Below, in pieces: positions 54,362 to 62,776 of a stretch of DNA of 64,000 nucleotides (within the stretch, counting starts at the first letter, position 1; each line of letters begins with the position of its first letter). The notes beneath the pieces are model-generated. The model had not been told where the DNA came from and did not search any database. It saw only the letters and a list, made by a program, of their open reading frames with translations. Made by a program: the position numbers and the translations under genes. Source of the DNA: an uncultured Thermus sp. (lineage in GTDB: Bacteria; Deinococcota; Deinococci; Deinococcales; Thermaceae); contig CAMTVD010000014.1 in assembly GCA_947085095.1 (NCBI GenBank), positions 64,001 through 128,000 on the forward strand, given 5' to 3'.

Positions 54362-57300
54362 TCAGTGGTTCGCGCTTTCCGAGGGGACGCTAAGGCCCAC
54401 CTGTCCCAAGGCCTCCCCATCGGCTAGCACCAAAAGGGTGTGTTGGCCGGGGTTTAAGGCTACCTCCCCGGCCCAGGTGTAGCCGTCCTCGCTTGTGAGG
54501 GCGAAAGACTGGCCTTCTTTCCGTAGGACCACCTGGGTGGCCCGAAAACGCAGGGTGAGGCGCACCTTGGGCCCCTCGAGGGCCAGGGGGCTGTAGAGGG
54601 GGCCCGCCACCACCTGGAGGAAAAGGGGGGCTTCGGCCTCCTCCCGGCCCTTGGCCTGGACCTTGAGGGTGTGGAAGCCGGGGGGAAGGGGAAGGCGCAC
54701 CTTGACGGCGTAGTAGTTCTCCCCCTGGGGAAGAAGGGGTACCCGCCCGCTGGGGAGTTCCAGCCAGACCTCCCGGGCCTCCCCTTGGACCAGGGCCTTC
54801 ACCTCCACCTCGGCCCCGGCCAGGGGGACGGGGGGGTCCAGGGTGGCCACCAGGCTGAGGCGCTCGGCGGTGTAGGTTACCTCCACCTCCCGCCTGGGGG
54901 GGGTCACCTCCACCCGGACCCGGGGGGAGGGGGCCTCGAGGGCCACCTGGACCTCGGGGGCCTTGGCCGTCCGGTAGCCTTGGGGCAGGTAGCGGGGGTC
55001 AGGGTAGACGCGGTAGCTGCCGGGGAAAAGCCCGCCGAGCAGGGCCCGGCCGTTCATGTCGGCCCGGGTGCAGCGCACCACCGGCCCCTCGGCGCACACT
55101 CCGGCGTAGGCCAGCCCCCCCTCGCGCTCCTGGTCCCAGACCTCCACCCAAAGCTGGGTGGCGGGGGCGAAGGGGAGGGGCTTCTCCAGCCGGGTGTTCA
55201 GCCTGACCTCCAGGGTTTCCTCCCCTACCAGGGCGAGGGTGGCGGGCAGGTTGGGGAAGAGGAGGCGGCCTTGGCCGGGGGCGGCCAGGAGGCGGTAGCG
55301 GCCCTGGGCGTCCGTGGTCTCGCAGGCGCTTCCCAGGCAGACTTTGAGGCCCGCCAAGGGGGTTTCCCCGGGGTCTAGGCGCCCGTTCAGGTTCTCGTCC
55401 CGGAAGGCCTGGCCCACCACCTCCCCCCCCTTGCGCCCGCCGAAGAGGTCCACCACCTCCTTGGGGGTGGCGAAGGTGAGGGCCTGGGCGTAGAACAGGG
55501 TGAGGCCGAAGCCGTGGCGGGCCTCCCCGCCTCGCAGGGTGAGGGTGTAGGAGGCCCCCAGGGCCAGGCCCGGTTCCAGGAAGTTCCGCTGGTAAAGGCT
55601 AAGGCCGAAGCGCTGGCTGGCCTCGGTCTCCAGGCGGTACTCGTAGAAGAGGCGGCTTTGCAGGCTTCCGGTCCAGAGTTGGCTCCAGGCGGCCCCGTAA
55701 AGGGTGAGGTCCCTGTTCGTGCCCCACCTGGTGAGGTACTGGCCCTCCAGGTTCCCCCCGGGAAGGGGTATGCGCAAGGTGGCGCTCCCCTCCCAGAGGG
55801 GGCTTTCCTGGCTCACGTGGCGCAGGCTTGCCGAGAGGCTGAAATCCCGGGTGCCCAGGGCCAGGCTGGCCTGGTAGATCTGGCTTTCCGGGGCTTCCCC
55901 GGAAAGGGGCCGGTTGAGGCCATAGCTGAGGCCCAGGCTCCCCGTGTACTCCCCAGGCTGGCCGAAGACCACGCCGAGGCTTGGGGTAAGGCCGAAGCCC
56001 CGGTTTTCCCCCTGCTGGCGGTAGCTCCCCGTGAGGCTCAAGAAGGCCCCCGCCAGGGGCTGGTAGTAGAGGGTGGCCTGGTTCTGCCACAGCCCCGTCT
56101 GGGAACCCAGCTGCAGGCTGGTGCTGGCCCTGAGACCCAGGGGGTAGAGGCGCCGGGTGCCCCCGGCCAGGCCCAGGGTGTGGATGCCGGCGAAGGGTAC
56201 CCCGCTGTAGCTCTGCACCAGCTCCAGCTCCTGGGTCTGCCAGGTGAGGCTCTGGCTGAAGCCGAAGGAGAGGCGGTACTCCCCTGCGGCCTGGCCGGAG
56301 AGGTCCGTGCCCAGGCCCAGACTCAGGCCTGCCCCCAGGGGCAGGCGGTAGCGGAGGCTCAGGGCGTCCTGCCGCCCCAGGGGGGTGGTCTGGGTGCTCA
56401 GGTGGCCCTGGAGGTCCAGGGTTTTGTCCAGGCTCACCCCGCTGGCCCGCAGGCCCAGGGCCTGGGGACGGTAGGTGCCCTCCAGGCTCAGGCGCAGGGC
56501 CTGGAGGCGGAAGCTTCCCGCCAGGCTGAAACTCCCTCCCCCGCCCTGGGCCCGGGCCTCCCAGCCCTCCCCCTTCAGGCTCAGGGTGAGGCTTTGCGGA
56601 GGGCGCAAGGGGTTTTCCAGGTCCCCGCTCAGGGGGCCTGGGGTGGCGCTGGCGCTCACGTAGTCGGAAAGGGCGCCGGAGAGGCTGGGCAACACCTGGT
56701 AGCCCACCTGCCCCCGGAGCTGGCCCTGCTCCCAGCTGGCCCCTAAGGATAGGGCCAGGCCCAGACCCAGGGTGAGCGCGGGGTCCTGGCTACGGCCTCG
56801 GCTGCCCAGGGGGTCCTTGAAAAGGACGATGACCCCCGCCTCCCTCCGGGCCTCGGCCTTGCCCTTGGGGGTGGCCCGGAGCTTCAGGTAGAAGCGGTAG
56901 CCCGCAGAGATCTCCCCCCTTAGGCTCACCAGGACCCGCACCGCCCCTGTCTCCCCGGGGGCCAGGCTCAGGCCCGGAGGGTTCAGGAAGACTTGGGCCA
57001 TGGCCGCCTCGGCCTCCAGGAGGACTTCCTCGGACTGGTTGGAGCGGTTGGTCACGTAGACGGGAAACTCAAAGGGCCCCCCCAGCTCCACCTCGAGGGT
57101 GGTGGGGGCGGAGAGGGCGATCTCGGTGCGGGGGAGGACCCTAAGCTCCACCTCGGTCCGGGCCACCTCCTTTTCCTCCACGTAGGCCACCACCCGGGCC
57201 AGGCCCCGGCTGCCCGCGGGCAGGGGGGGGACCCGCAGGGTGAAGCTCACCTCCTCCACCCTGCCCTCCAGCACCGCCACCCGTTCCAGGGAGAGGGCCT

Positions 57301-57469
57301 GCCAGCCCTCCGGGGGCTCGAGGCGGAAGCGCACCGTGCCCTGCCCCTCCACCTTCAAGCCCAGGGTGAGGTAGTCCCCGGGGGTGCCCGCCAGGCCCGG
57401 GGTAGGGAGAAAGCGCACCTGGGCGAAAGCTGCGCCCAGGAGGAGAAAGAGGGGCAGGAAGAGGCGCAT
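54362..57469 (-). CDS. Large exported beta-rich protein, putative usher-like outer-membrane assembly platform
   Basis: Signal peptide; two N-terminal Ig-like domains; about 450 aa of amphipathic strands; SdrD-B-like GQAFRDENLNGRLDPGE motif; C-terminal Ig-like domains. Confidence 0.7.
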   Translation of the reverse strand: MRLFLPLFLLLGAAFAQVRFLPTPGLAGTPGDYLTLGLKVEGQGTVRFRLEPPEGWQALSLERVAVLEGRVEEVSFTLRVPPLPAGSRGLARVVAYVEEKEVARTEVELRVLPRTEIALSAPTTLEVELGGPFEFPVYVTNRSNQSEEVLLEAEAAMAQVFLNPPGLSLAPGETGAVRVLVSLRGEISAGYRFYLKLRATPKGKAEARREAGVIVLFKDPLGSRGRSQDPALTLGLGLALSLGASWEQGQLRGQVGYQVLPSLSGALSDYVSASATPGPLSGDLENPLRPPQSLTLSLKGEGWEARAQGGGGSFSLAGSFRLQALRLSLEGTYRPQALGLRASGVSLDKTLDLQGHLSTQTTPLGRQDALSLRYRLPLGAGLSLGLGTDLSGQAAGEYRLSFGFSQSLTWQTQELELVQSYSGVPFAGIHTLGLAGGTRRLYPLGLRASTSLQLGSQTGLWQNQATLYYQPLAGAFLSLTGSYRQQGENRGFGLTPSLGVVFGQPGEYTGSLGLSYGLNRPLSGEAPESQIYQASLALGTRDFSLSASLRHVSQESPLWEGSATLRIPLPGGNLEGQYLTRWGTNRDLTLYGAAWSQLWTGSLQSRLFYEYRLETEASQRFGLSLYQRNFLEPGLALGASYTLTLRGGEARHGFGLTLFYAQALTFATPKEVVDLFGGRKGGEVVGQAFRDENLNGRLDPGETPLAGLKVCLGSACETTDAQGRYRLLAAPGQGRLLFPNLPATLALVGEETLEVRLNTRLEKPLPFAPATQLWVEVWDQEREGGLAYAGVCAEGPVVRCTRADMNGRALLGGLFPGSYRVYPDPRYLPQGYRTAKAPEVQVALEAPSPRVRVEVTPPRREVEVTYTAERLSLVATLDPPVPLAGAEVEVKALVQGEAREVWLELPSGRVPLLPQGENYYAVKVRLPLPPGFHTLKVQAKGREEAEAPLFLQVVAGPLYSPLALEGPKVRLTLRFRATQVVLRKEGQSFALTSEDGYTWAGEVALNPGQHTLLVLADGEALGQVGLSVPSESANH

Positions 57470-57470
57470 C

Positions 57471-57956
57471 CTAGGGTTGCCTCAGGGCGGTGACCAGGGC
57501 TTCGACCATGTAGCTTCCGGCGCGCTCGTTGCCGAGAAGCTCTAGGGCGAACTCCAAGCGGATCTCCAGCCAGTCCCCGGTGGGACCCGCTTGCGTGTAG
57601 ATGATCTGCGGGGTGCCGTCGGCCCTGAGCCAAAGCCCCCCGTTGACCCGGTAGAGCACCTGTCGGGCGGGTAGGAGGAGGTTCCCGTTCTGGTCCTTGA
57701 GGTCGGGGATCTGCAGGACCAGGCTCCAAACCTCGGGGGCGTTGGAAAAGACCTGGACCGGCAGAACCCCCCCTTCCAGGTTGCTGGCGGGGTAGATGGC
57801 GGGGAAGCTCTTGGGGGGGTAGTCCTCCAGCTCAAAGGCGATCTGGGTGGTGGGGGTGCGCAGGGCTATGGTTTCGGGGATCAGGGTCTGCACGATCCAG
57901 GTGGCCTGGGCCAGGGCGGGAGCCAGCCAGAGGAGGCCGACCATCAGGGCTTTCAT
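57471..57956 (-). CDS. Exported protein, putative minor pilin-like subunit
   Basis: Signal peptide ending ALA-Q; VQVFSN..W; C-terminal AGSY-strand. Confidence 0.6.
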   Translation of the reverse strand: MKALMVGLLWLAPALAQATWIVQTLIPETIALRTPTTQIAFELEDYPPKSFPAIYPASNLEGGVLPVQVFSNAPEVWSLVLQIPDLKDQNGNLLLPARQVLYRVNGGLWLRADGTPQIIYTQAGPTGDWLEIRLEFALELLGNERAGSYMVEALVTALRQP

Positions 57957-58798
57957 GGGCTACCTCCTTTTTCTCCCTCCGGAGGGGGAGGCGGGGCTGG
58001 GGGGGCCGCCAGGGGGGTGCGCAGGGTAAAGGGCAGGTCGGCGGCCACGTCCTTGCTGGGATCGCCGTAGTTGAGGATGGCCAAGGCGGTGTAGTTCCCC
58101 ACAGGAAGGGGCCCCACCAGGGCGATGGGCAGGATGCGCACCTGTCCGGGAAGCACCACCTCCTCTTCTATGAGGACCTCGGCCACCTTGCGGCCGGAGG
58201 TGTCCCGCACCTCAAAGCGTCCGGAAAGTTTCTGGGCGGTGTTCCCCGTGTTTTGGTACTGCAGGGCGAACCGGAAGGGGTCTTGGGGTTTCTGAGGGGC
58301 GCTGGGGACGATGCCGGTGATCCGCCCCGAAGAGGTGAGGGGGGGGATGTTGACGTAAAAGACGTGGGCCATCCGCACCCGGAAGGTGGCCAGGGGCACC
58401 CCGGGAGGGGGGTTGGGGTCCTCGGCCTCCAGGAAGAGCACGCCCCAGTGGGTGCCTGGAGCGGCCTCCTTGGGCACGGTGAGGGTGTAGGTGAGGGGGC
58501 GGGAGGCCTTGGCCTCCAGCAAGAACTCCGCTGGGGCGAAGGTGGCCCAGGGGCTGGCGCTCTCCTTCAGGGTGCCCACGGGCAGGAACTGAATCTTCCC
58601 CATGGGGTCGTAGGTCCAGTCCCCAAGGCTTGCCCGGACCCGCACCGGGCGGGTGCCCACGTTATGGATCCGCAGGGTTTGGGTGAGGGTTTCCCCCGGC
58701 TTGGCCTCCTTGAGGAGGACCGGGGGCTCCACGCCCAGGGTGCTTTGGGCTAGGGCACTCAGGGCCAGGGTGAGGAGGAGGGGAAAGGCTCGCTTCAT
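57953..58798 (-). CDS. Putative periplasmic pilus chaperone (PapD/DUF916-like, two Ig domains)
   Basis: Signal peptide; GVEPP, IHNVG, P.EF.L, PGTHWGVLF, YQNTGN, VLPG..R and GNYTA motifs. Start ATG58798. Confidence 0.7.
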   Translation of the reverse strand: MKRAFPLLLTLALSALAQSTLGVEPPVLLKEAKPGETLTQTLRIHNVGTRPVRVRASLGDWTYDPMGKIQFLPVGTLKESASPWATFAPAEFLLEAKASRPLTYTLTVPKEAAPGTHWGVLFLEAEDPNPPPGVPLATFRVRMAHVFYVNIPPLTSSGRITGIVPSAPQKPQDPFRFALQYQNTGNTAQKLSGRFEVRDTSGRKVAEVLIEEEVVLPGQVRILPIALVGPLPVGNYTALAILNYGDPSKDVAADLPFTLRTPLAAPPAPPPPPEGEKGGSP

Positions 58799-58808
58799 GG
58801 CGCTCCAG

Positions 58809-58840
58809 AAAAGGGGCCTGGCCCGGGAGGACCAGGCCCC
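58809..58840 (-). terminator. Intra-operon terminator/stabiliser hairpin after the first gene
   Basis: Minus strand GGGGCCTGG-10 nt-CCAGGCCCC-TTTT. Confidence 0.75.
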
Positions 58841-58849
58841 GTGCCTCAC

Positions 58850-59683
58850 CTACCAGGAGGTGGTGGTGAGGGTGTAGGTCAGGTTCGCGGTGCTCTTGCC
58901 CCAGAGGTCGGCGTTGACCTTGATGGCCACCACCACCAGGTCGTCCAGCCAGCTCTTGTAGCCGCACCGCTCGGGGTTAAGGCCAGAACGGTAGCCCGTG
59001 GGCCCGGCCTGCAGGTTCTTGGGCACCAGGTGCCGGGTGGCCCCGTTGGGCAGCTCGTAGACGCCCGTGGCCGCGCCGAAGGTGTCGCAGGGGTTGTCCT
59101 GGATGTAGAGGTGCTGGATCCCCTGGGCCCCATGGGGGTCGTTGCGGGTCACGGTCAGGTCCCAGCGCTTGCCGTTGGAGAACTTCTGCAGGATGAAGGA
59201 GCGCCAGCAGACGAAGTAGTTCTTGCTCCCGGGCACCAGTTCCCCGTTCTTGTCCAGTTTGATGGGGGGGTAGGCGGTTACCGCCCCACCGCCGTGGATG
59301 GTGATGTTGGGCCAGGTGGCCACGCCGTAGCTGGTCCCCAGGGGCAGGACCTGCACCTGGTTGTAGAAGTTGTCCCCCAGCTGGGTCGTGACGTCTTGAT
59401 CCGTGAGGCCGTAGACGCAGACCATCTGGTTCCCGAAGTCCGGGGTGGGGTTGGGCCAGTTGGCCCCGTCCAGGCTCGTGAGGTCAAAGGTCAGCGTGGT
59501 CACGTCCAGGTGCAGGGCCGTGGCCTTGGGGAGGATGAGCTCAATGGTCTGGTACACCGAGGCCGAGTCTGCCCCCTTGGCGTAGGCGTCGGGGCCGTTG
59601 CCCTTGGTGGGGGCGAGGACGGGCGCCTGGGCCAGGGCCAGGGAAGCCATAGCCAGTACCGCTGCCAAAATGCCTTTGCGCAT
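58850..59683 (-). CDS. Exported protein, putative major fimbrial subunit
   Basis: Signal peptide ending ALA-Q; 4 Cys; C-terminal alternating strand ANLTYTLT; AGGAGG RBS; first gene of the operon. Confidence 0.65.
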   Translation of the reverse strand: MRKGILAAVLAMASLALAQAPVLAPTKGNGPDAYAKGADSASVYQTIELILPKATALHLDVTTLTFDLTSLDGANWPNPTPDFGNQMVCVYGLTDQDVTTQLGDNFYNQVQVLPLGTSYGVATWPNITIHGGGAVTAYPPIKLDKNGELVPGSKNYFVCWRSFILQKFSNGKRWDLTVTRNDPHGAQGIQHLYIQDNPCDTFGAATGVYELPNGATRHLVPKNLQAGPTGYRSGLNPERCGYKSWLDDLVVVAIKVNADLWGKSTANLTYTLTTTSW

Positions 59684-59734
59684 AATGCCCTCCTAAATCT
59701 GTTCCTGGAGGTGGTGGCCTCTCGGAACGTTCTC

Positions 59735-59770
59735 ACGGTACCCTCAGGGGCGTTACCGGAGCGTTACCGG
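59735..59770 (-). promoter_or_regulatory. Tandem 10-bp direct repeat (11-bp period) upstream of a -10-like TACCGT
   Basis: GCGTTACCGG at 59750-59759 and 59761-59770; minus-strand TACCGT at 59740-59735. Confidence 0.65.
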
Positions 59771-59836
59771 TCATGGGAGTTTCCCCAAGGGGGAAAGGCC
59801 AGGGTGTGGTATTCTAGGGCCAAGGTAGGTAACGGC

Positions 59837-61492
59837 TTGAAACGCCCGGTTAACGATCCCGTTTACGCTTTGCCCCTTCATGGCCGGCCGCGTCTCTTGC
59901 GGGAGGGGAAGGAGGTGCGCCTGGCCCAAAAGGGTTTGGCCCTCCTCTACTTTTTGGCCCTCGAGGGCCCCACCACCCGGGCCCGGCTCGCCGACCTCCT
60001 CTACGGGCACGGGGCCGGCCTGCAGAACCTCAGGGTGGAGCTCCACCGGCTGGCCCAGGCCCTGGGGAGGGAGGTCTTTCCCAGGGGCCAGGACCCCCTG
60101 GTCCTGCCCTCCTGGATTCGCCTGGAAGCCCAGGGGGAAGGGGTGGTCCTGGAGGGCCTCGAGGCGGTGGCGGGGCTTGCGGACTGGGTCTTTGCGATGC
60201 GGGACCGCTACCTGGCCTCCCCGGGGAGCGGCGCCCGGAAGGAGCTTTTGCAGGAGCTTTCCTCCTTGGGTCCCCCTTTTCTTCTGGTGCTTCGGGGGCG
60301 GCTGGGGGCGGGACACCGGGCCTTCGCCCAGGCCCTGGCGGTGGCCTTGGGCCTGCCCTTCCACGAAACCCTGCGGCCCACGGGCCTGGTCTACCTGGAA
60401 CCCCCGTATCCCCCGCTGGCCGTCAAAGAAGTCCTCCGTTCCCAGGCGGTTTTGGTGGTGCGGCTGGACCCTGGGGAGGAGCCCCGGTTTTTCCTGGAGC
60501 TGAGGGCCCAGTACCCTCCAGACCGCACCTGGGTTTTGGACCTTCCCCCCCTGACCTGGCCTGAGGCCAGGGAAGCCCTGTTGAAGGGGGTGCCCTTCGC
60601 TGAGGCGGCCCAGGCCTACTTCCTGGCCGGGGGGCAGCCGGAGTGGATCCCGGAGTGGCGGGCCTGCCCAGAGAGCCCCAAGCGCCCCCTGGCCCAGCTC
60701 CGCCTCCAGACCCGTTTCCTGAGCGAGCCCGCCCGCCTAGCTCTGGAGCGGCTTTCCGCCGTTCCTGGAGTGATCCCCCAGGAGGTGCTGGATGCCCTCG
60801 AGGCCCTGCCCCACTTGGAAGAGCTGGAGCGCCGGGGCTTCTTGGTCTACCAGGGAGGGTACCGCTTCGCCAAGGAGGGGGAGCGGCGGCTTCTCTACAG
60901 CGCCCTGGCCCCGGGGCGGCGGCGGGAGCTCCACGAGCGGGCCGCCACCGCTTTGGCCCTCTCGGGCCGGGGCCAGGAGGAGGCCCTCCACCGCCTGGCC
61001 CTGGGGGAGTCCTATGAGGAGCTCCTTTCCCTGCACCCGGGGTTTTCGGGCCAGAAGTTGGGGAAGCGGTCCGTGGGCCGCGGGGCCGAGCGGGTCCTCC
61101 TTCCCCAGGGAGGGGAGGGGGTCTTCTCCGGGGAAAGGGGGTTCTGGGTGGCCCTCCTGGAGCCCGGGGAGGAGGCGCGCCTGCTTTTTGAGCCCCAGGA
61201 CGAGTACCTGCTCCTGGAGGTGGCGGGGGAGGCCTACAGCCCCGGGGATGCCCTGGGCCTTTTCCTGGGGCTTCGGGCCTCTAGAGGGGAAGGGTACGTG
61301 AGGCTCCAGGGGGCCTTCCTCCAGCGCTTCCTCCTGCCCCCGGGGGCCCTGGCCCTGCGCCTTTTCGGCCTGGGGGTGGCGGAGTTCGCCCTTAAGGCCT
61401 TTCGCCCAAGGCCGGTAGGGCCGGAAGCCTGGGACCTAACGGCGGAAGAGGTAAAGGAGCAAGGTGAGGAGGAGGGAAAGGAGAAGGGCTGA
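59837..61492 (+). CDS. SARP/AfsR-like transcriptional activator with degenerate STAND-like ATPase region
   Basis: GRPRL...KGLALLYFLALEG.TTRARLADLLY...NLRVELHRL wHTH; GRLGAGHR in place of a Walker A; LEELERRGFL...YRF. Start TTG59837 is inferred. Confidence 0.75.
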   Translation: MKRPVNDPVYALPLHGRPRLLREGKEVRLAQKGLALLYFLALEGPTTRARLADLLYGHGAGLQNLRVELHRLAQALGREVFPRGQDPLVLPSWIRLEAQGEGVVLEGLEAVAGLADWVFAMRDRYLASPGSGARKELLQELSSLGPPFLLVLRGRLGAGHRAFAQALAVALGLPFHETLRPTGLVYLEPPYPPLAVKEVLRSQAVLVVRLDPGEEPRFFLELRAQYPPDRTWVLDLPPLTWPEAREALLKGVPFAEAAQAYFLAGGQPEWIPEWRACPESPKRPLAQLRLQTRFLSEPARLALERLSAVPGVIPQEVLDALEALPHLEELERRGFLVYQGGYRFAKEGERRLLYSALAPGRRRELHERAATALALSGRGQEEALHRLALGESYEELLSLHPGFSGQKLGKRSVGRGAERVLLPQGGEGVFSGERGFWVALLEPGEEARLLFEPQDEYLLLEVAGEAYSPGDALGLFLGLRASRGEGYVRLQGAFLQRFLLPPGALALRLFGLGVAEFALKAFRPRPVGPEAWDLTAEEVKEQGEEEGKEKG

Positions 61493-61648
61493 GGTGAGGG
61501 GGATGTACACCCTTAGACCCTCCCGCTCTATGCGGATGTCCCCGGGCAGGTGGCCGAACCAGGCGAAGAGCTTGGGGAAGTAGAGGAGGAGAAGCCCTAG
61601 GAGAAGGAGGAAAAGCCCGGCATAGACCAGGACCTTACCCAGCTCCAT
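61436..61648 (-). CDS. DUF2905 family small membrane protein
   Basis: GHLPGDI.IE....VYIPLTSALLLS pattern. Confidence 0.85.
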   Translation of the reverse strand: MELGKVLVYAGLFLLLLGLLLLYFPKLFAWFGHLPGDIRIEREGLRVYIPLTSALLLSLLLTLLLYLFRR

Positions 61649-62543
61649 CCCGCACCTCCAGATAGGCGGTGAGGGCCGCCCCCAGAAGCCCGGCCTCAGG
61701 CCCCAGGAGGGCCCGCCTCAGGGGAGGGGCTTCCCAGCCCTGAAGGTAGTGGCGGAAGGTCTTTTGCAGGGTTTCCCAGTACTCCTCGGGGGCGTTCAGG
61801 GCCACCCCGCCCCCCAGGATGACCACCCCGGGGTCAAAGGCCTTGACCAGGCTGGCCAGGCCTATCCCCACGTACCGGGCTCCCTGGAGGAGGATGCGCT
61901 CGGCCTTGGGGTCCCCTTCCTGGAAGAGCTGGAAGAGCTCCCTTGTGTTCACCCAGCGCCCGTAGGCGTAGCCCGCCTCCCGCTCCAGGGCCCGGCCTGC
62001 GGCCAGGGCCTCCAGGCACCCCTCCAGGCCGCATCCGCACACCGGCCCCCCGGGGAGGAGGGTGGTGTGGCCCAGCTCCCCCCCTTGCCCCCTCTCCCCC
62101 CTCAGGACCCGCCCCTCCAGGACCACGCCCCCGCCGATCCCGGTGGAAACGGTGAGGAAGAGGGAAGACCTCTGCCCTTTGCCCGCCCCCAGGTGGTGCT
62201 CGGCCAAGGCGGCGGCGTTGGCGTCGTTTTCCAGGTGGACGGGCCTTCCCGTGGCCTCCTCCAGGAGGCGGCGGATGGGGAAGTCCACCATATTGGGGAT
62301 GTTGGGGGTAAAGCGGATCTTCCCTTCCCGGAAGTCCAAGGGGCCGGGGGTGCCGAGGCCGATGGCCACCGCCCTCACCCCCGCTTCCGCCTCCGCCCGC
62401 CTCGCCGCCTCCGCCAGGGCCTCCACCACCGCCACTCCCCCCTCCTTGGGGGTGGGGAGGAGGACCCGGGAGAGGAGCCTTTCCCCGTCAAAGGCCCCGG
62501 CGGCGATCTTGGTGCCCCCCAGGTCCAGACCCACCACGGTCAT
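61635..62543 (-). CDS. glk: ROK family glucokinase
   Basis: DLGGTKI, ENDANAAALAE, STGIGGG, GELGH and CGCG..GCLE motifs. Confidence 0.93.
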   Translation of the reverse strand: MTVVGLDLGGTKIAAGAFDGERLLSRVLLPTPKEGGVAVVEALAEAARRAEAEAGVRAVAIGLGTPGPLDFREGKIRFTPNIPNMVDFPIRRLLEEATGRPVHLENDANAAALAEHHLGAGKGQRSSLFLTVSTGIGGGVVLEGRVLRGERGQGGELGHTTLLPGGPVCGCGLEGCLEALAAGRALEREAGYAYGRWVNTRELFQLFQEGDPKAERILLQGARYVGIGLASLVKAFDPGVVILGGGVALNAPEEYWETLQKTFRHYLQGWEAPPLRRALLGPEAGLLGAALTAYLEVRDGAG

Positions 62544-62776
62544 GGGATCTCCTCCTCCAAAAGGGCCTCGGCTTCCCCATAGAGGGCCTCGGGGACCCAA
62601 AGGGCCACGTCCCCCATGTAGGTGCCCAAGGCGGCCTCGGGCAGGCCGGAGAAGGGGGTTTCCAGGACCACGGGGAGGCCCTTGGCCTCGAGGCGGGCCC
62701 TCATCCCCTCGGCCACGGGCCTGGGGGCGGAGAGGAGCTTGCGGTAGGGGATACCGGCGATCAGGCGGCGTTCCAT
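62540..62776 (-). CDS. Small hypothetical protein (DUF2007-like)
   Basis: AEGMRARLEAKGLPV...VALWVPE; overlaps both neighbouring genes. Confidence 0.7.
   Translation of the reverse strand: MERRLIAGIPYRKLLSAPRPVAEGMRARLEAKGLPVVLETPFSGLPEAALGTYMGDVALWVPEALYGEAEALLEEEIP

Noticed and set aside
52689..59683. Reading the exported-protein operon as type IV/Tad pili or sortase pili
   Set aside because: No class III prepilin peptide, assembly ATPase, sortase or LPxTG motif is present.
58841..59836. N-terminal 332 aa of the 883-aa ORF
   Set aside because: It is antisense to the subunit gene and the promoter region. Regulator-like sequence begins only near 59837.
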